Translations under genes and position numbers: made by a program
Part shown: piece by piece, positions 9,532-19,947 of the stretch
Position numbering within the stretch: position 1 is the first letter of the stretch
Layout of the letters: every line of letters starts with the position of its first letter
Notes under the pieces: generated by a model
What the model was told of the DNA's origin: nothing
Databases searched by the model: none
Seen by the model: only the letters and a program-made list of their open reading frames with translations
NCBI GenBank assembly: GCA_965220745.1
Contig: CBDCQT010000007.1
Span: forward strand, 256,001 to 320,000
DNA length: 64,000 bases
From: Alphaproteobacteria bacterium
GTDB taxonomy: Bacteria; Pseudomonadota; Alphaproteobacteria; UBA828
Direction of reading: 5' to 3'

Positions 9532-11118
9532 GCTGCGGATCATCTCCGCCACCTTCTCGCCGATCATGACGCAGGTCGCCAGCGGATTGCCGCTGACGAT
9601 GGTCGGCATGATCGACGCGTCCGCGACATGGAGGTTCTCGACCCCCCGCACGCGCAGGCGGTGGTCGACCACTGCCTGATCGTCCTGGCCCATTTTGCAG
9701 GTGCCGACCGGGTGGTATCCGCTGAGCGAGTTCTCGCGCAGGTAGGCGCGCCACTCGTCGTCGGTCTGCACGTCGCTCGACGGGCGGTAGTCGCCGGCGA
9801 TGGAGCGGGCGAGCGGCTCGGTCTGGAACAGCTTACGCTGCAGCTTGGCGCCCGCGAGCAGAAGCTCGAGGTCGCGCTCGTCGGCGAAGAGGTTGGGCTG
9901 AATCGTCGAATGCACGAGCGGGTCGGCGGAGCGGAGCCCGACCCGCCCTCGGGAGTAGGGCCTGAGCAGGTTGATCAGGCCCGTGACCGCAGGCCGGTCG
10001 AAGAGCACGGGCCCGTCCGCCGACAGATCGTAGCCGGCGGGCGTGAACATGTATTGAAGGTCGGAGCGGCCCTCGCTCATGTCGTGGCGCAGGAAGGCGG
10101 TGACTTGAGAGTGTGGCGTTGACGCCGGGCCGGAGCCCGCGAGCAGCCACTGCGCACCGTATATCAGCCCGCCGATGGGTCCCATCAGTGTGTTGTAGGT
10201 CGGAACGCTGGCAAAGCAGGTCTGCGCAAGGCCTGGATGATCCTGCAGGTTCTCGCCCACGCCCGGCAGGTCGTGGATCACCGGAATGTCGAGCCCGCGC
10301 AAGCGCGCCGCTGGGCCCACGCCGGAGAGCATGAGGAGCTGCGGCGAGGCATAGGTGCCGGCGCACACGATCACCGCGCGCGCCGCCTCCGCCCGCTCGG
10401 TGCGGTCCCGGCGGGTGTACTCGACCCCGGTGGCGCGCCTGCCGTCGAACAGCACGCGCCGGATGTGGGCGTGTGTCAGCACCCGCAGTTTCCGCCGCCG
10501 CATCGCCGGCCTGAGGTAAGCGCGCCCGGTGCTGTGCCGCCGCCCCCTGCGCTGGGTGGCGGGCACGTAGCCGACCCCAGCCTGCGGCGGCGTGTTAACA
10601 TCGGCCACGCGCTTGATTCCCAAGTTGACGCAGGCCTGAAGATAGTCGTGCGAGAGCGGGTGCAGAGTGCGGATGTTGGAGACCGAAAGCGGGCCGCCCG
10701 AGCCGTGATAGGCATCGGCGCCGTTCTCGTTGTTTTCCGAGCGCTTGAAGTAGGGCAGCACGCTCTCGAAATCCCAGCCCTCGCAGCCGAGTGCGGCCCA
10801 GCCGTCGTAGTCCTCCGGTTGCCCTCGCAGGTAGGACATGCCGTTGATAGCGCTGGTGCCGCCCAGCACCTTGCCGCGCGGCATGTAGTCCTCGCGCCCG
10901 TCGCGCGTCGGGTCGGGCTCGGCCTTAAACCCCCAGTCGTAGCGTGGATTGGACAGCGCCAGGACAAGTCCGGCGGCGGGCATCGAGACGGCGATGCTCC
11001 GGTCCGAGCCGCCGGCCTCCAGCACCAGCACGCGGCTGCGCCCGTCCTCGGTCAGGCGGTTGGCGACGACGCTGCCGGTCGTCCCCGCGCCCGCGACGAT
11101 GTAATCCCACGTCACCAT
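9523..11118 (-). CDS. GMC oxidoreductase (choline dehydrogenase-like)
   Basis: DYIVAGAGTTG, RGKVLGGTSAINGM, VGENLQDH, YHPVGTCKMG, VADASIMP; true start 11118, not the 924-aa ORF start. Confidence 0.92.
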   Translation of the reverse strand: MVTWDYIVAGAGTTGSVVANRLTEDGRSRVLVLEAGGSDRSIAVSMPAAGLVLALSNPRYDWGFKAEPDPTRDGREDYMPRGKVLGGTSAINGMSYLRGQPEDYDGWAALGCEGWDFESVLPYFKRSENNENGADAYHGSGGPLSVSNIRTLHPLSHDYLQACVNLGIKRVADVNTPPQAGVGYVPATQRRGRRHSTGRAYLRPAMRRRKLRVLTHAHIRRVLFDGRRATGVEYTRRDRTERAEAARAVIVCAGTYASPQLLMLSGVGPAARLRGLDIPVIHDLPGVGENLQDHPGLAQTCFASVPTYNTLMGPIGGLIYGAQWLLAGSGPASTPHSQVTAFLRHDMSEGRSDLQYMFTPAGYDLSADGPVLFDRPAVTGLINLLRPYSRGRVGLRSADPLVHSTIQPNLFADERDLELLLAGAKLQRKLFQTEPLARSIAGDYRPSSDVQTDDEWRAYLRENSLSGYHPVGTCKMGQDDQAVVDHRLRVRGVENLHVADASIMPTIVSGNPLATCVMIGEKVAEMIRSSA

Positions 11119-11292
11119 CGCCTCCTCACGATCCACGCGCCCGCCCGATTTGCACGCGCGCCTCCCCGAAATTGGAGACTGCGGGCCCCGGCATTTGAGC
11201 ATAGGGTACTCCGGTTGCATCCCTCCACGCAGGCGAATCCGGCGATCGTGTCCGGCGGGGGCGGGACGGCTATCGGATGGCAGGGAACCGGC

Positions 11293-12876
11293 ATGGACGA
11301 TCACACCGTCGCGGTCGATGCGGCCCAGACGCCGACGGCGCTGACCTTCGCCGAGGTCTTCAATGTCGCGGTGCCGTTCATCGACCGGCACGTCGCGGAA
11401 GGTCGCGGCGCCAAGGTGGCGATCCGCGATGCGCAGGGCGACGTGACCTATGCCGAACTCGCCGCCGCTGTGAACCGCGCGGGCAACGCGCTTGCTGCAC
11501 TGGGTCTCGGCCCCGGCGACCGCGTGCTGATGGTGGTAAAGGACTGCCCCGCGTTCTTCTATCTGTTCTGGGGCGCGATCAAGGCGGGGTTTGTGCCGGT
11601 CCCGCTCAACACCCTGCTGCGCGCGCCCGACTACCGCTTCGTTATCGAGAACTCGCGCGCTGCCTGCATCGCCTGGTCGCCGGAGTTCGCCGGCGAGGTC
11701 GAGCCGGCGCTGGCCGAGGCCGCGCACCGGCCGGCGCACGCGCTGCCCACGGAAGGGGAGGGCGACAGCTTTGCGGACCGCCTCGCGGCAGCGTCGGATG
11801 CGTTGCCGCCGGCGCCGGCTGCCGCCGACGACCCGGCCTTCTGGCTCTACACGTCGGGATCGACCGGCACGCCCAAGGGCGGCGTGCACCGCCACCGCGA
11901 CATGGTGGTGACCAGCCAGCATTTCGGGGTCGACACGCTCGGCATCACGGCGGACGACAGCCACTTCTCCGCCGCCAAGCTGTTCTTTGCCTACGGGCTC
12001 GGCAACGCCATGACCTTTCCGCTCTGGACCGGCGGCACGGCGGTGCTCCTCGATGCCCGGCCGACGCCGGAGACCACGTTCGCCACCATCGAAACGTTCC
12101 GGCCGACGATCTACTACGGCGTGCCGACGCTTTATGCCGCGCAACTGCAAGCGCTGGAGAGCGCGTCGCCGGACCTCTCCGGTCTGCGCCTCTGCGTCTC
12201 GGCCGGCGAGCCGCTGCCGGCGGCGATCCTCGAGCGCTGGCGCGCCTCCACGGGGTTCGACATCGTGGATGGGATCGGCACGACCGAGATTCTGCACATC
12301 TTCATCTCCAACCGCCCCGGTGCGGTGGTGCCGGGAACGAGTGGGACGCCCGTGCCCGGCTATGAGGCGCGCCTCGTTGACGACGAGGGGCGCGACGTGG
12401 CGTTAGGCGAAACCGGCAACCTGCTAATTCGCGGGCGGTCCCTCATAGCCGAGTACTGGGGCGAACCCGAGCGCACGGCGGCGGCCTTCGAGGGCGAGTG
12501 GCTCAGGACCGGCGACACCTACAGCATCGACGAGAATGGCTGCTACGTCTGCTGCGGGCGCTCGGACGACATGCTCAAGGTCGGCGGTATCTGGGTCTCG
12601 CCGGTGGAGATCGAGGCCCGCCTGATCGCCCATCCGGCGGTGCTCGAAGCCGCCGTGGTGGGCCGCGCCGACGATGACGGGCTGATCAAGCCCGAAGCCT
12701 GGATCGTGCTCGCCGAGGAGCAGACGGCGGACGAGAATCTGAGCGAGGCGCTGGTGGCCCACTGCAAGGCGGGGCTCGCGCGCTACAAGTATCCGCGCTG
12801 GCTCCGCTACGTCGACGCGTTGCCCAAGACCGCGACCGGCAAGATCCAGCGCTACAAGCTGCGCGGCGGCGGTTAG
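11293..12876 (+). CDS. Benzoate-CoA ligase family (aromatic acyl-CoA synthetase)
   Basis: YTSGSTGTPKG, AKLFFAYGLGN, DGIGTTEILHIF, LPKTATGKIQR. Confidence 0.9.
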   Translation: MDDHTVAVDAAQTPTALTFAEVFNVAVPFIDRHVAEGRGAKVAIRDAQGDVTYAELAAAVNRAGNALAALGLGPGDRVLMVVKDCPAFFYLFWGAIKAGFVPVPLNTLLRAPDYRFVIENSRAACIAWSPEFAGEVEPALAEAAHRPAHALPTEGEGDSFADRLAAASDALPPAPAAADDPAFWLYTSGSTGTPKGGVHRHRDMVVTSQHFGVDTLGITADDSHFSAAKLFFAYGLGNAMTFPLWTGGTAVLLDARPTPETTFATIETFRPTIYYGVPTLYAAQLQALESASPDLSGLRLCVSAGEPLPAAILERWRASTGFDIVDGIGTTEILHIFISNRPGAVVPGTSGTPVPGYEARLVDDEGRDVALGETGNLLIRGRSLIAEYWGEPERTAAAFEGEWLRTGDTYSIDENGCYVCCGRSDDMLKVGGIWVSPVEIEARLIAHPAVLEAAVVGRADDDGLIKPEAWIVLAEEQTADENLSEALVAHCKAGLARYKYPRWLRYVDALPKTATGKIQRYKLRGGG

Positions 12877-12988
12877 CCCCCAACTTTCCGTTCCCGTCCT
12901 CCAGTGCCCAACCAAACGTTTGTTTTATTTCTGTCTCCCGGCTAGAATCGCGGGGACGGAACGCGGTTTGCGGCGGGGACGAGTTGTC

Positions 12989-14083
12989 ATGAACGAGATC
13001 AAGTTCGGAACGGTCATTTCGGCGGTCGGCGAGCCCGGCGCGTCTGATGCGGATCAGTACGTCGAAGCTCTGGTCGACGCGGACCATGTCGCGGGGCTCG
13101 GCTACGACGCGTTCTGGGTGATCGAGCACCACTTCTCGGATTACTTCCCGACGCCGAGCCCGCTGGTGCTGCTGTCCCACCTCGCCGGACGATATCCCGA
13201 CATGGACCTCGGCACCTGCGTCCTGGTGCTGCCCTGGTACAGCCCGCTCAGGCTCGCGGGCGAGATCGCCATGCTCAGCCAGTTGAGCCGAGGCACGCTG
13301 CATATCGGTTTCGGGCGCGGCCTTGCGCGGCTCGAATACGATGCTTTCGGCGTTTCCATGACCGAGACCCGCGCGCGCTTCCGTGAGTGCCGCGAGGTCA
13401 TCGGCAAAGCGCTCGCCGGCGGCTCATTCATCTATGGCGGCGAGTTCTTCGACATCGAGCGGCCGATCGAGCTCAGGCCCAAGTCCATGCAGGAGCGCAT
13501 CAACCTCTACGGCGCGACCAGCAGTCCCGAGAGCGCCGGCATCATGGCCGAGCTCGACCTGCCCATGATCCGGGTCTCGAACTTCCCGATGCACTTCCAC
13601 AGCAACGACTTCGCTCGCTGGGACGAGGAGACCCGCCAGCGCGGCGGCTCCACCGATGTCTCCCGGCCGATCCTGATCCACGCGGTGCTGGCGGACACCG
13701 ACGAGGAGGCGGACGCGCTCGCCAAGGAGCATCTCTCGCGCTACTTCGTGAAGGTGGTCGAGCACTACGAGGCCGACGCCGACCCGTGGAAGGAGCTGGA
13801 GGAGTTCAAGGCCTTCAGCAAGTTCATGGCCACCTCGAAGAAGCTGACCAATCCCGACAATCTGGGGCCGTGGCTCGACCTCCAGCTCGTCGGCCGGGCC
13901 GAGACCGTGTGTGAGCGGCTCCAGGCCTACGTCGACCTCGGCTTCGACCACTTCATCCTGCAAAACGTGACCTACGGCATGCCGCGCGCCTACCGCCACG
14001 AGATGTGGGAGCGCTTCGCCCGCGACGTGGTTCCCCACTTCGCGGCTCAGCCCGCGCCCATGCAGAGGGCAAGTACCGGGTAG
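12989..14083 (+). CDS. LLM-class (luciferase-like) flavin-dependent monooxygenase
   Basis: FWVIEHHFS, PLRLAGEIAML, GFGRG, FARDVVPHF. Confidence 0.88.
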   Translation: MNEIKFGTVISAVGEPGASDADQYVEALVDADHVAGLGYDAFWVIEHHFSDYFPTPSPLVLLSHLAGRYPDMDLGTCVLVLPWYSPLRLAGEIAMLSQLSRGTLHIGFGRGLARLEYDAFGVSMTETRARFRECREVIGKALAGGSFIYGGEFFDIERPIELRPKSMQERINLYGATSSPESAGIMAELDLPMIRVSNFPMHFHSNDFARWDEETRQRGGSTDVSRPILIHAVLADTDEEADALAKEHLSRYFVKVVEHYEADADPWKELEEFKAFSKFMATSKKLTNPDNLGPWLDLQLVGRAETVCERLQAYVDLGFDHFILQNVTYGMPRAYRHEMWERFARDVVPHFAAQPAPMQRASTG

Positions 14084-14096
14084 CGCCCGCCTCTTC

Positions 14097-14909
14097 TCAT
14101 ACCGGCCGGGCTTCCCGAAGCACGCCGCCGCGGCGCAGCACGCCGACATGGCGGGCGAGCCCGGTATCGTTGTCGGTCTCGACCAGGACAGCGCAGAGGG
14201 TGGCTTCGCCGTCGGCGGGCGCCGCGCGGGGGCCGGGGCGTTTCCGCGTGAAGCGAGCAAGCGGCGCGTCGATGGCGAGCCCAATGATCGATTCGTAGCT
14301 GCCGCACATGCCGACGTCCGAGATGTAAGCCGTCCCCTTGGGCAGGATGCGGTGATCGGCGGTCGGCACGTGGGTGTGGGTGCCTACCGCCAGCGACACC
14401 CGGCCGTCGGCGAGGTAGGCGAGCGCCTGCTTCTCGCTGGTCGCCTCACCGTGGACGTCGAGCACGATGGCGTCCACCGACTGCCCGAGGCGGTGCTCCT
14501 GCAGCGTCTCCTCGACGCAGGCGAAGGGCTCGCCGATGGGGTCCATGAAGAGCTGCGTGAGCACCTGGAAGACGAAGACGGCGCGGCCGTCGCGCGTGTG
14601 CAGCAACGCGCCGGCGCTCCCCGGCGTGCCCTTCGGGTAGTTGCGTGCGCGGACCAGTCGCCGGTCGGTCTCGATGTAGCTCTCGGTCCCGCGCTGGTCC
14701 CAGGCGTGGTTGCCGAGGGTGATCACGTCGGCGCCCACCTGATAGAGGGACTTGCAGATATCGGCAGTGATGCCGAAGCCGCCGGCGGCGTTCTCGCCGT
14801 TCACGATCACTAGGTCGAGAGCGAGCTCTTCGCGCAGGCCCGGCAGGTGTTCCGTCAGGATGTCGCGGCCGGGGCGGCCGACAACATCGCCGCAAAACAG
14901 GATGCGCAT
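14097..14909 (-). CDS. ymdB: YmdB-like metallophosphoesterase (TIGR00282)
   Basis: GDVVGRPG, NGENAAGG, TLGNH, DVHGEATSEK, GTHTHVPTAD. Confidence 0.93.
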   Translation of the reverse strand: MRILFCGDVVGRPGRDILTEHLPGLREELALDLVIVNGENAAGGFGITADICKSLYQVGADVITLGNHAWDQRGTESYIETDRRLVRARNYPKGTPGSAGALLHTRDGRAVFVFQVLTQLFMDPIGEPFACVEETLQEHRLGQSVDAIVLDVHGEATSEKQALAYLADGRVSLAVGTHTHVPTADHRILPKGTAYISDVGMCGSYESIIGLAIDAPLARFTRKRPGPRAAPADGEATLCAVLVETDNDTGLARHVGVLRRGGVLREARPV

Positions 14910-14934
14910 CGTCCCGATCCCCTCGCGCCCGCGA

Positions 14935-15534
14935 TCAGGCCGCGCGCGGGGCGATCGGCATGGCGCCCCGCTCGGTCACGATCCAGTCCAGCGGCTCGTC
15001 GTGCTCGGTGCGGGGCAGGCCCTGCACGAGCTGCTCGGTATAGGCGAGGCCCACGGCAATGATGGGGCGCATCTGACGCAGCGCCCTCAGCGAGCGATCG
15101 TAGTAGCCACCGCCGTAGCCCAGGCGGTAGCCGTCCCGGTCGTAGGCGAGCAACGGCACCAGCAAGTGAGTCGGCTGGGCAGGCGCGGCGTCCTCCGTGG
15201 GCTCCGGGATGCGGAACGGCCCCCGCGAGAGCGCGGCGCCCGGTGTCCAGACGCGGAACCGGAGCGCCTCGCCCTTGCCGACCACAGCGGGCAGGCAGCA
15301 GACGAAGCCCGCGCCGACGAGCCGCGCCAACAGGGGCATGGCGTCGATCTCGTCCCGGATCGCCCAGTAGCCGGAGATCACCGCGCCCGCAGGCGTGGGA
15401 ACTGCGGCGAGATAGTGGTTGGCGGCCCGCACGCCTGCGCCCGGCCCCGCCGCCCGTCGCGCGGAGTGCCGCCGCGCCAGCGCATACTCGCGCAGCGCCT
15501 GCTTGCGGTCATGGATAGCAGCGCTCTGAGACAC
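14935..15534 (-). CDS. ygfA: 5-formyltetrahydrofolate cyclo-ligase
   Basis: LLVPLLAYD..GYRLGYGGGYYDR, EHDEPLDWIVTE; lies downstream of 6S RNA; start approximate. Confidence 0.92.
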   Translation of the reverse strand: MSQSAAIHDRKQALREYALARRHSARRAAGPGAGVRAANHYLAAVPTPAGAVISGYWAIRDEIDAMPLLARLVGAGFVCCLPAVVGKGEALRFRVWTPGAALSRGPFRIPEPTEDAAPAQPTHLLVPLLAYDRDGYRLGYGGGYYDRSLRALRQMRPIIAVGLAYTEQLVQGLPRTEHDEPLDWIVTERGAMPIAPRAA

Positions 15535-15558
15535 GGCCGGCCCCCGCGACAAGGAAAA

Positions 15559-15720
15559 GGACGGCCCCGCCTGAACCGTCGCACCCAGAGCTTCCTCCAG
15601 GCCGAAGAGACCAGGTGGGCGCCGTGTTGCCGAGACCGCGGCCCCAGCAGGGACAGCTCCCGAGAAGCGAAAATTGACCGCGGGAAACAGTCGGTGCGAC
15701 TAATCCGGCAGTAACCGTCC
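15559..15720 (-). ncRNA. ssrS: 6S RNA
   Basis: Lies between zapA and ygfA. Closing stem GGACGG/CCGTCC, inner stem GTCGCACC/GGTGCGAC, and motifs GGAGCTGTCCCTG and GGCGCCCACCT as recalled for alphaproteobacterial 6S; about 160 nt. Confidence 0.88.
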
Positions 15721-15730
15721 GAAAGGAAAT

Positions 15731-16084
15731 CTAATCCTTCTCCAGACGGCCGGCAATGTTCTCGATCCGCTCGGCAAGCGCGTCCACGAGCGGCGCGAAC
15801 TTGGCCTCGAGCGCCGCCTCGGCATCCACGCGGGCCCTGCGCTCGGCGATCCTTGCCTGCGACTGCAGACGGTCGAGCTCGTCATAGGCGTCGGCCAATT
15901 CGTCGGCGACGACCAGGCTGGCCATGAGCAGGAGCCGAACCTCGCCGACCCGGCCCACAGTCTCCTCCAGCTCCTGCGCCCGCTTGTCGACGTAGGCCGC
16001 GAGCTTTGAGACATGATCTTCCTGGCCGTCGTCGCAGGAGACCGGGTAGCGCCGCCCGCCGATAGTGACCGCGACCTCGCCCAT
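15731..16084 (-). CDS. zapA: Cell division protein ZapA
   Basis: VTIGGRRYPVSCDDGQE, RLLLMASLVVADEL. Confidence 0.9.
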   Translation of the reverse strand: MGEVAVTIGGRRYPVSCDDGQEDHVSKLAAYVDKRAQELEETVGRVGEVRLLLMASLVVADELADAYDELDRLQSQARIAERRARVDAEAALEAKFAPLVDALAERIENIAGRLEKD

Positions 16085-16092
16085 GGCCCGCC

Positions 16093-16404
16093 CTAGACTC
16101 CGAGGATCCCGCGGAGCGAGCCGATCGCGTCGTCGAGCCGCTCGGCCACCGCTTCGTTGGCCTGACGCGTGGTGGCCTGGCGTTCCGTGGCCTCCGTGAG
16201 CGCCCGCGTTAGCCGCGCCCGCTCCACTCTGAGAGACTCGAGATCGACGCGCAGCGAATCCCGCTCGCGCTCGACGGCGGCGAATTCGCTTGCTAACGCC
16301 GGCGCGTGCGCGCGCTGCGTCGCTAAATCGCCATTTGCGAGCGCCTGGTCCAGCCGCGCCACGGCCTGCTCGAGCCGGTCGCTCGCCTTCTTCAGCTCCG
16401 ACAT
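16093..16404 (-). CDS. Coiled-coil protein upstream of zapA (DUF4164-like)
   Basis: Heptad pattern, RLDDAIGSLRGIL C-terminus, conserved position. Confidence 0.7.
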   Translation of the reverse strand: MSELKKASDRLEQAVARLDQALANGDLATQRAHAPALASEFAAVERERDSLRVDLESLRVERARLTRALTEATERQATTRQANEAVAERLDDAIGSLRGILGV

Positions 16405-16526
16405 GAAAAATGCGCTGTTGTTCTTGTTGCGGGCTGCAAAAAACGATCCCCCACCCGCTGCCGAAACACTAGAGCGCTCGCCTACGAGCGTCAACGCTTT
16501 GCGCGCAGAACCGGCGTTCGTGGGGC

Positions 16527-18011
16527 TCAGTTGAGGTAGCGCCGCTGCAGGTGGGCCTTGAAGACCTCGGTGCCGAGCGGTGCGCCGGTGGCGCGTTCGA
16601 ACAGCACCGGACCCTCGTAGCGGGAGGCGAGGCCGTGAACGTTGGCCCTGAGCCACCCGAACAGGGGCGAGAAATCGCCGCGCTCGATGGCGGGCCACAG
16701 CTCAGGCTCACTCCGTGCCGCGGCGTCGAAGAATTGCGCCGCCATCAACGCGCCGATGGTGTAGCTCGGGAAGTAGCCGAGTTCGCCGACGGACCAATGG
16801 ATGTCCTGCAGGCAACCCTGCGCGTCGTTTTTCGGCCTGATCCCGAGCAGGGCCTCGTGAATCTCGGCCCAGGCGCCGGGGATCTCGTCGCAGGCCAGAT
16901 CGTCCGCGATCAGGGCACGCTCCAACCGGTAGCGCAGCATGATATGGGCGGGGTACGTCACTTCGTCGGAGTCCACCCTGATGTAGCCAGGCTCCACGCG
17001 GATCGCCTGCCGATAGAGTGCCTCCTCGTTCGCCGAGGCTCCATCGCCGTCGAGATGTTCGTGGAGCAGCGGCGCGAGGAAGCGCATGAAGGGCCGGCTG
17101 CGGCAGGCCTGCATCTCGATCAGCAGCGACTGGCTCTCGTGCAGCGCCATGCCGCCCGCCTGGCCCACCGGCTGGTATCGCCACGCCTCCGGCAGGCCTG
17201 CTTCGTAGAGCGCGTGGCCGGTCTCGTGCAGCACCCCCATGAGGCCGGAAAGGACGTCCGCCTCGTCGTAGCGGGTGGTGATGCGGATATCTCCGGCGCT
17301 GCCACCACAGAAGGGGTGAAGGCTGACGTCGAGGCGCCCGTGGTCGAAGTCGAAGCCCAGTGCCGTCATCAGACGCCTGGCGAGGGCCTGCTGCGCGTCC
17401 ACGGGGCCGCTCACCCGCCGCGGAGCGCTCGCGCTCGCCTGCGCCTCCTGCACACGCCCGAGGAACTCGGGAAGGAAGCCCGCGAGGTCGTCGAAAAGCG
17501 GGTCGATGGTGGCGCAGCGCAGCCCCGGCTCGTAGGAATCCACCAGTCCGTCATAGGGCGCGCATCCGAGTATCTCGCCCAGCGCCGCCGCCTTCTCGCG
17601 AACGAGCCCGAGAAGCGGCGCGAAGGCCGCTGCAAAGGCGGCAAAGTCGCTCGCCGGCCGGGCCTCACGCCATACCATCTCGCAGTGTGACGAAGCCTCG
17701 CTCAACCCTTGCACCAGATCGGCCGATAGCGCCGCCGCCTGGCGCCAGCGCCGGCGCATCCGGGCGAGGTTGGCCCGCTGCCAGTCGTCGAGGGCTTCGT
17801 CGTTGGCCTCGGCCTCGTCCAGCAGGTCGGGAACGCGGGTATCCGTCAGCAACTCGTGGCGGATCAACGCGAGCTCGGCGAGCTGTGCCGCACGCGGCTC
17901 CGCGCCGCCCGGCGGCATCATCGTCGCCCAGTCCCAGTGCAGTATCCCGGCCGCACCGCCGAGCAGGCCGAGGCGGCGGAAGCGGGCCTCCAGCGCGGCG
18001 TAGGCGCTCAA
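16527..18011 (-). CDS. Carboxypeptidase M32 (Taq)
   Basis: HPF, DIRITTR, HETGHALYE, HESQS, GCLQDIHW, GYFPSY. Confidence 0.95.
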   Translation of the reverse strand: MSAYAALEARFRRLGLLGGAAGILHWDWATMMPPGGAEPRAAQLAELALIRHELLTDTRVPDLLDEAEANDEALDDWQRANLARMRRRWRQAAALSADLVQGLSEASSHCEMVWREARPASDFAAFAAAFAPLLGLVREKAAALGEILGCAPYDGLVDSYEPGLRCATIDPLFDDLAGFLPEFLGRVQEAQASASAPRRVSGPVDAQQALARRLMTALGFDFDHGRLDVSLHPFCGGSAGDIRITTRYDEADVLSGLMGVLHETGHALYEAGLPEAWRYQPVGQAGGMALHESQSLLIEMQACRSRPFMRFLAPLLHEHLDGDGASANEEALYRQAIRVEPGYIRVDSDEVTYPAHIMLRYRLERALIADDLACDEIPGAWAEIHEALLGIRPKNDAQGCLQDIHWSVGELGYFPSYTIGALMAAQFFDAAARSEPELWPAIERGDFSPLFGWLRANVHGLASRYEGPVLFERATGAPLGTEVFKAHLQRRYLN

Positions 18012-18763
18012 GCCGCGTCCTCGTCTTCGTCCTCGTATTCGCGGGGGCCGCGCCGCATATAGATCGCGTAGATCACGGCGAGGCCGATCGCGAGCGCATA
18101 CCAGATCACGATGTACTGCATGTGCTCGCTGCGCAGCTCGACCTTGGTCTGCCCGCCGATGGGCAGGCCGCCCGGATTGGGGGCGGGGCCCGCGTCCACC
18201 AGATAGGACGGCGCGGGTATGCCCACCTCGGCCGCGAGCGCCTCCGTATCGGTCCAGAACCAGATGTTGTTCTCGGGCTCGTTGTCGGGCGTGAACCAGC
18301 CGGCCCGCCCACTCGGCACGACGACACCTTCGAGGCGAAACGTGTCCTCGATTTGGCCCTCGAGCCGGGTCTCGGGCTCCTTGTTGTCGAGCGGCACCCA
18401 GCCGCGGTTGACCAGCACCGCCGGGCCGTCCGCGCGCTCGAACGGGGTGATGATCTGGTAGCCCACCCGGCGGTCGAAGGTGCGCGCGGCGAGGAACATC
18501 TCCGCCTCGTGGCGAAATTGCCCCTCCAGCCAGACCCGGCGGTAGGCGTAGGGCGTTGGATCATCGAGCTCGGCGGGCAGCATTACCGCCTCGGCCTGAA
18601 ACTGAGCGCGGCGCTCCTCGTTGAGATCGGTCTTCCACATCAGGCGATGCACCTGCCATGAGCCGAGCGCGAGCAGGATGATGATGCCCGGGATTGCGAA
18701 CCAGGTGGCCCGCCTGCGGGCACGGTCAGATGGTGCCCGACGCCGGGCCCGGTCATCACTCAC
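18008..18763 (-). CDS. surf1: SURF1 family oxidase assembly protein
   Basis: LGSWQVHRL.WK, VLVNRGWVP, HMQYIVIWY. Confidence 0.9.
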   Translation of the reverse strand: MSDDRARRRAPSDRARRRATWFAIPGIIILLALGSWQVHRLMWKTDLNEERRAQFQAEAVMLPAELDDPTPYAYRRVWLEGQFRHEAEMFLAARTFDRRVGYQIITPFERADGPAVLVNRGWVPLDNKEPETRLEGQIEDTFRLEGVVVPSGRAGWFTPDNEPENNIWFWTDTEALAAEVGIPAPSYLVDAGPAPNPGGLPIGGQTKVELRSEHMQYIVIWYALAIGLAVIYAIYMRRGPREYEDEDEDAA

Positions 18764-19133
18764 CAAAGCCGGCCGCTCTGTGCCTGTACTGAAGCGCGAT
18801 CAGGAGCGCCTTGGCGGGCCGCAGCAATGCAAGGCTCAAGATGATGATCGCCGGCAGCCAGAGCACCGCATGGAGCCAGTAGGGCGGCGCGTGGGTGAAC
18901 TCCAGCCAGAACGCGAGCGCGACGACGATGCCGCCCACGATAAACATGACGAAGACGGCCGGCCCGTCGGCGCTGTCATGCTGCGAAAGCTCGAACTGGC
19001 ACGCGCCACAGCGCTCGGCGACCCGCAGGTAGCCTCTGAACAGCTTGCCGCGTCCGCACCGGGGGCAGCGGAAGAGCAGGCCGGCCTTCAGGACCGAGAC
19101 CGGCGGATAGTAGGTCCCATTCCCATCCGCCAT
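18756..19133 (-). CDS. DUF983 family protein
   Basis: CPRCGRGKLF..C..C, DSADGPA; position in cox operon. Confidence 0.85.
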   Translation of the reverse strand: MADGNGTYYPPVSVLKAGLLFRCPRCGRGKLFRGYLRVAERCGACQFELSQHDSADGPAVFVMFIVGGIVVALAFWLEFTHAPPYWLHAVLWLPAIIILSLALLRPAKALLIALQYRHRAAGFGE

Positions 19134-19143
19134 GTCGTCTCGA

Positions 19144-19947
19144 TCAACCGCCCCACCAGTAGACCCAGATGAACAGGAACAGCCACACCACGTCGACGAA
19201 GTGCCAGTACCACGCCGCGGCCTCCAGCCCGATGTGCTGGTCCGGCTTGAACTGCTTCTTCAGCGCCCGGTAGAGGCAGACCGCGAGGAAGATGGCGCCG
19301 ACGGTGACGTGGAAGCCGTGGAAGCCCGTCGCCATGAAGAAGGTGGAGGGATAGATGCCATCGCGGAAGCCGAAGGCCGCGTGGGCGTATTCGTATCCCT
19401 GGACGCCGATGAAGGCGACGCCGAGCGCCACGGTGAGCGCGAGCCCGTAGACCAGCTGCTGCTGGTTGCCGTGGCGGAGCGCGTGATGCGCCCAGGTCAC
19501 GGTGGCGCCGGAGGTCAGCAGCAGCAGCGTGTTCACGAAGGGCAGCCGCCACGCTGGAATGACCTCGACTCCTGGCGGCGGCCACGTGTTGGCGATGACG
19601 TCGGGCGGCATGATCGAGGCGTTGAAGAACGCCCAGAAGAACGCCGCGAAGAACATCACCTCGGACGCGATGAAGAGCACCATGCCGAAGCGCAGGCCCC
19701 GTTGGACCACCTGCGTGTGCTCGTTCTCGACCAGCGCCTCGCGGATCACGTCGCGCCACCAGAAGTACATGGTGAACAGCACCACGATCCCGCCGATGGT
19801 CATCAGCCAGAGCTGGCCGGTGTGCATGAAGATGACCACGCCGCCGAGTCCCAGACCGCCGCCGCCCAAGGCGCCGATGACCGGCCACGGGCTCGGCTTC
19901 ACCATGTGGTACTCGTGGTTTGCGGTCCCGTGTGCGCTATCCGCCAT
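19144..19947 (-). CDS. coxC: Cytochrome c oxidase subunit III
   Basis: PSPWP, LFIASEVMFF, ATGFHGFHV, AWYWHFVDVVW. Confidence 0.97.
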   Translation of the reverse strand: MADSAHGTANHEYHMVKPSPWPVIGALGGGGLGLGGVVIFMHTGQLWLMTIGGIVVLFTMYFWWRDVIREALVENEHTQVVQRGLRFGMVLFIASEVMFFAAFFWAFFNASIMPPDVIANTWPPPGVEVIPAWRLPFVNTLLLLTSGATVTWAHHALRHGNQQQLVYGLALTVALGVAFIGVQGYEYAHAAFGFRDGIYPSTFFMATGFHGFHVTVGAIFLAVCLYRALKKQFKPDQHIGLEAAAWYWHFVDVVWLFLFIWVYWWGG

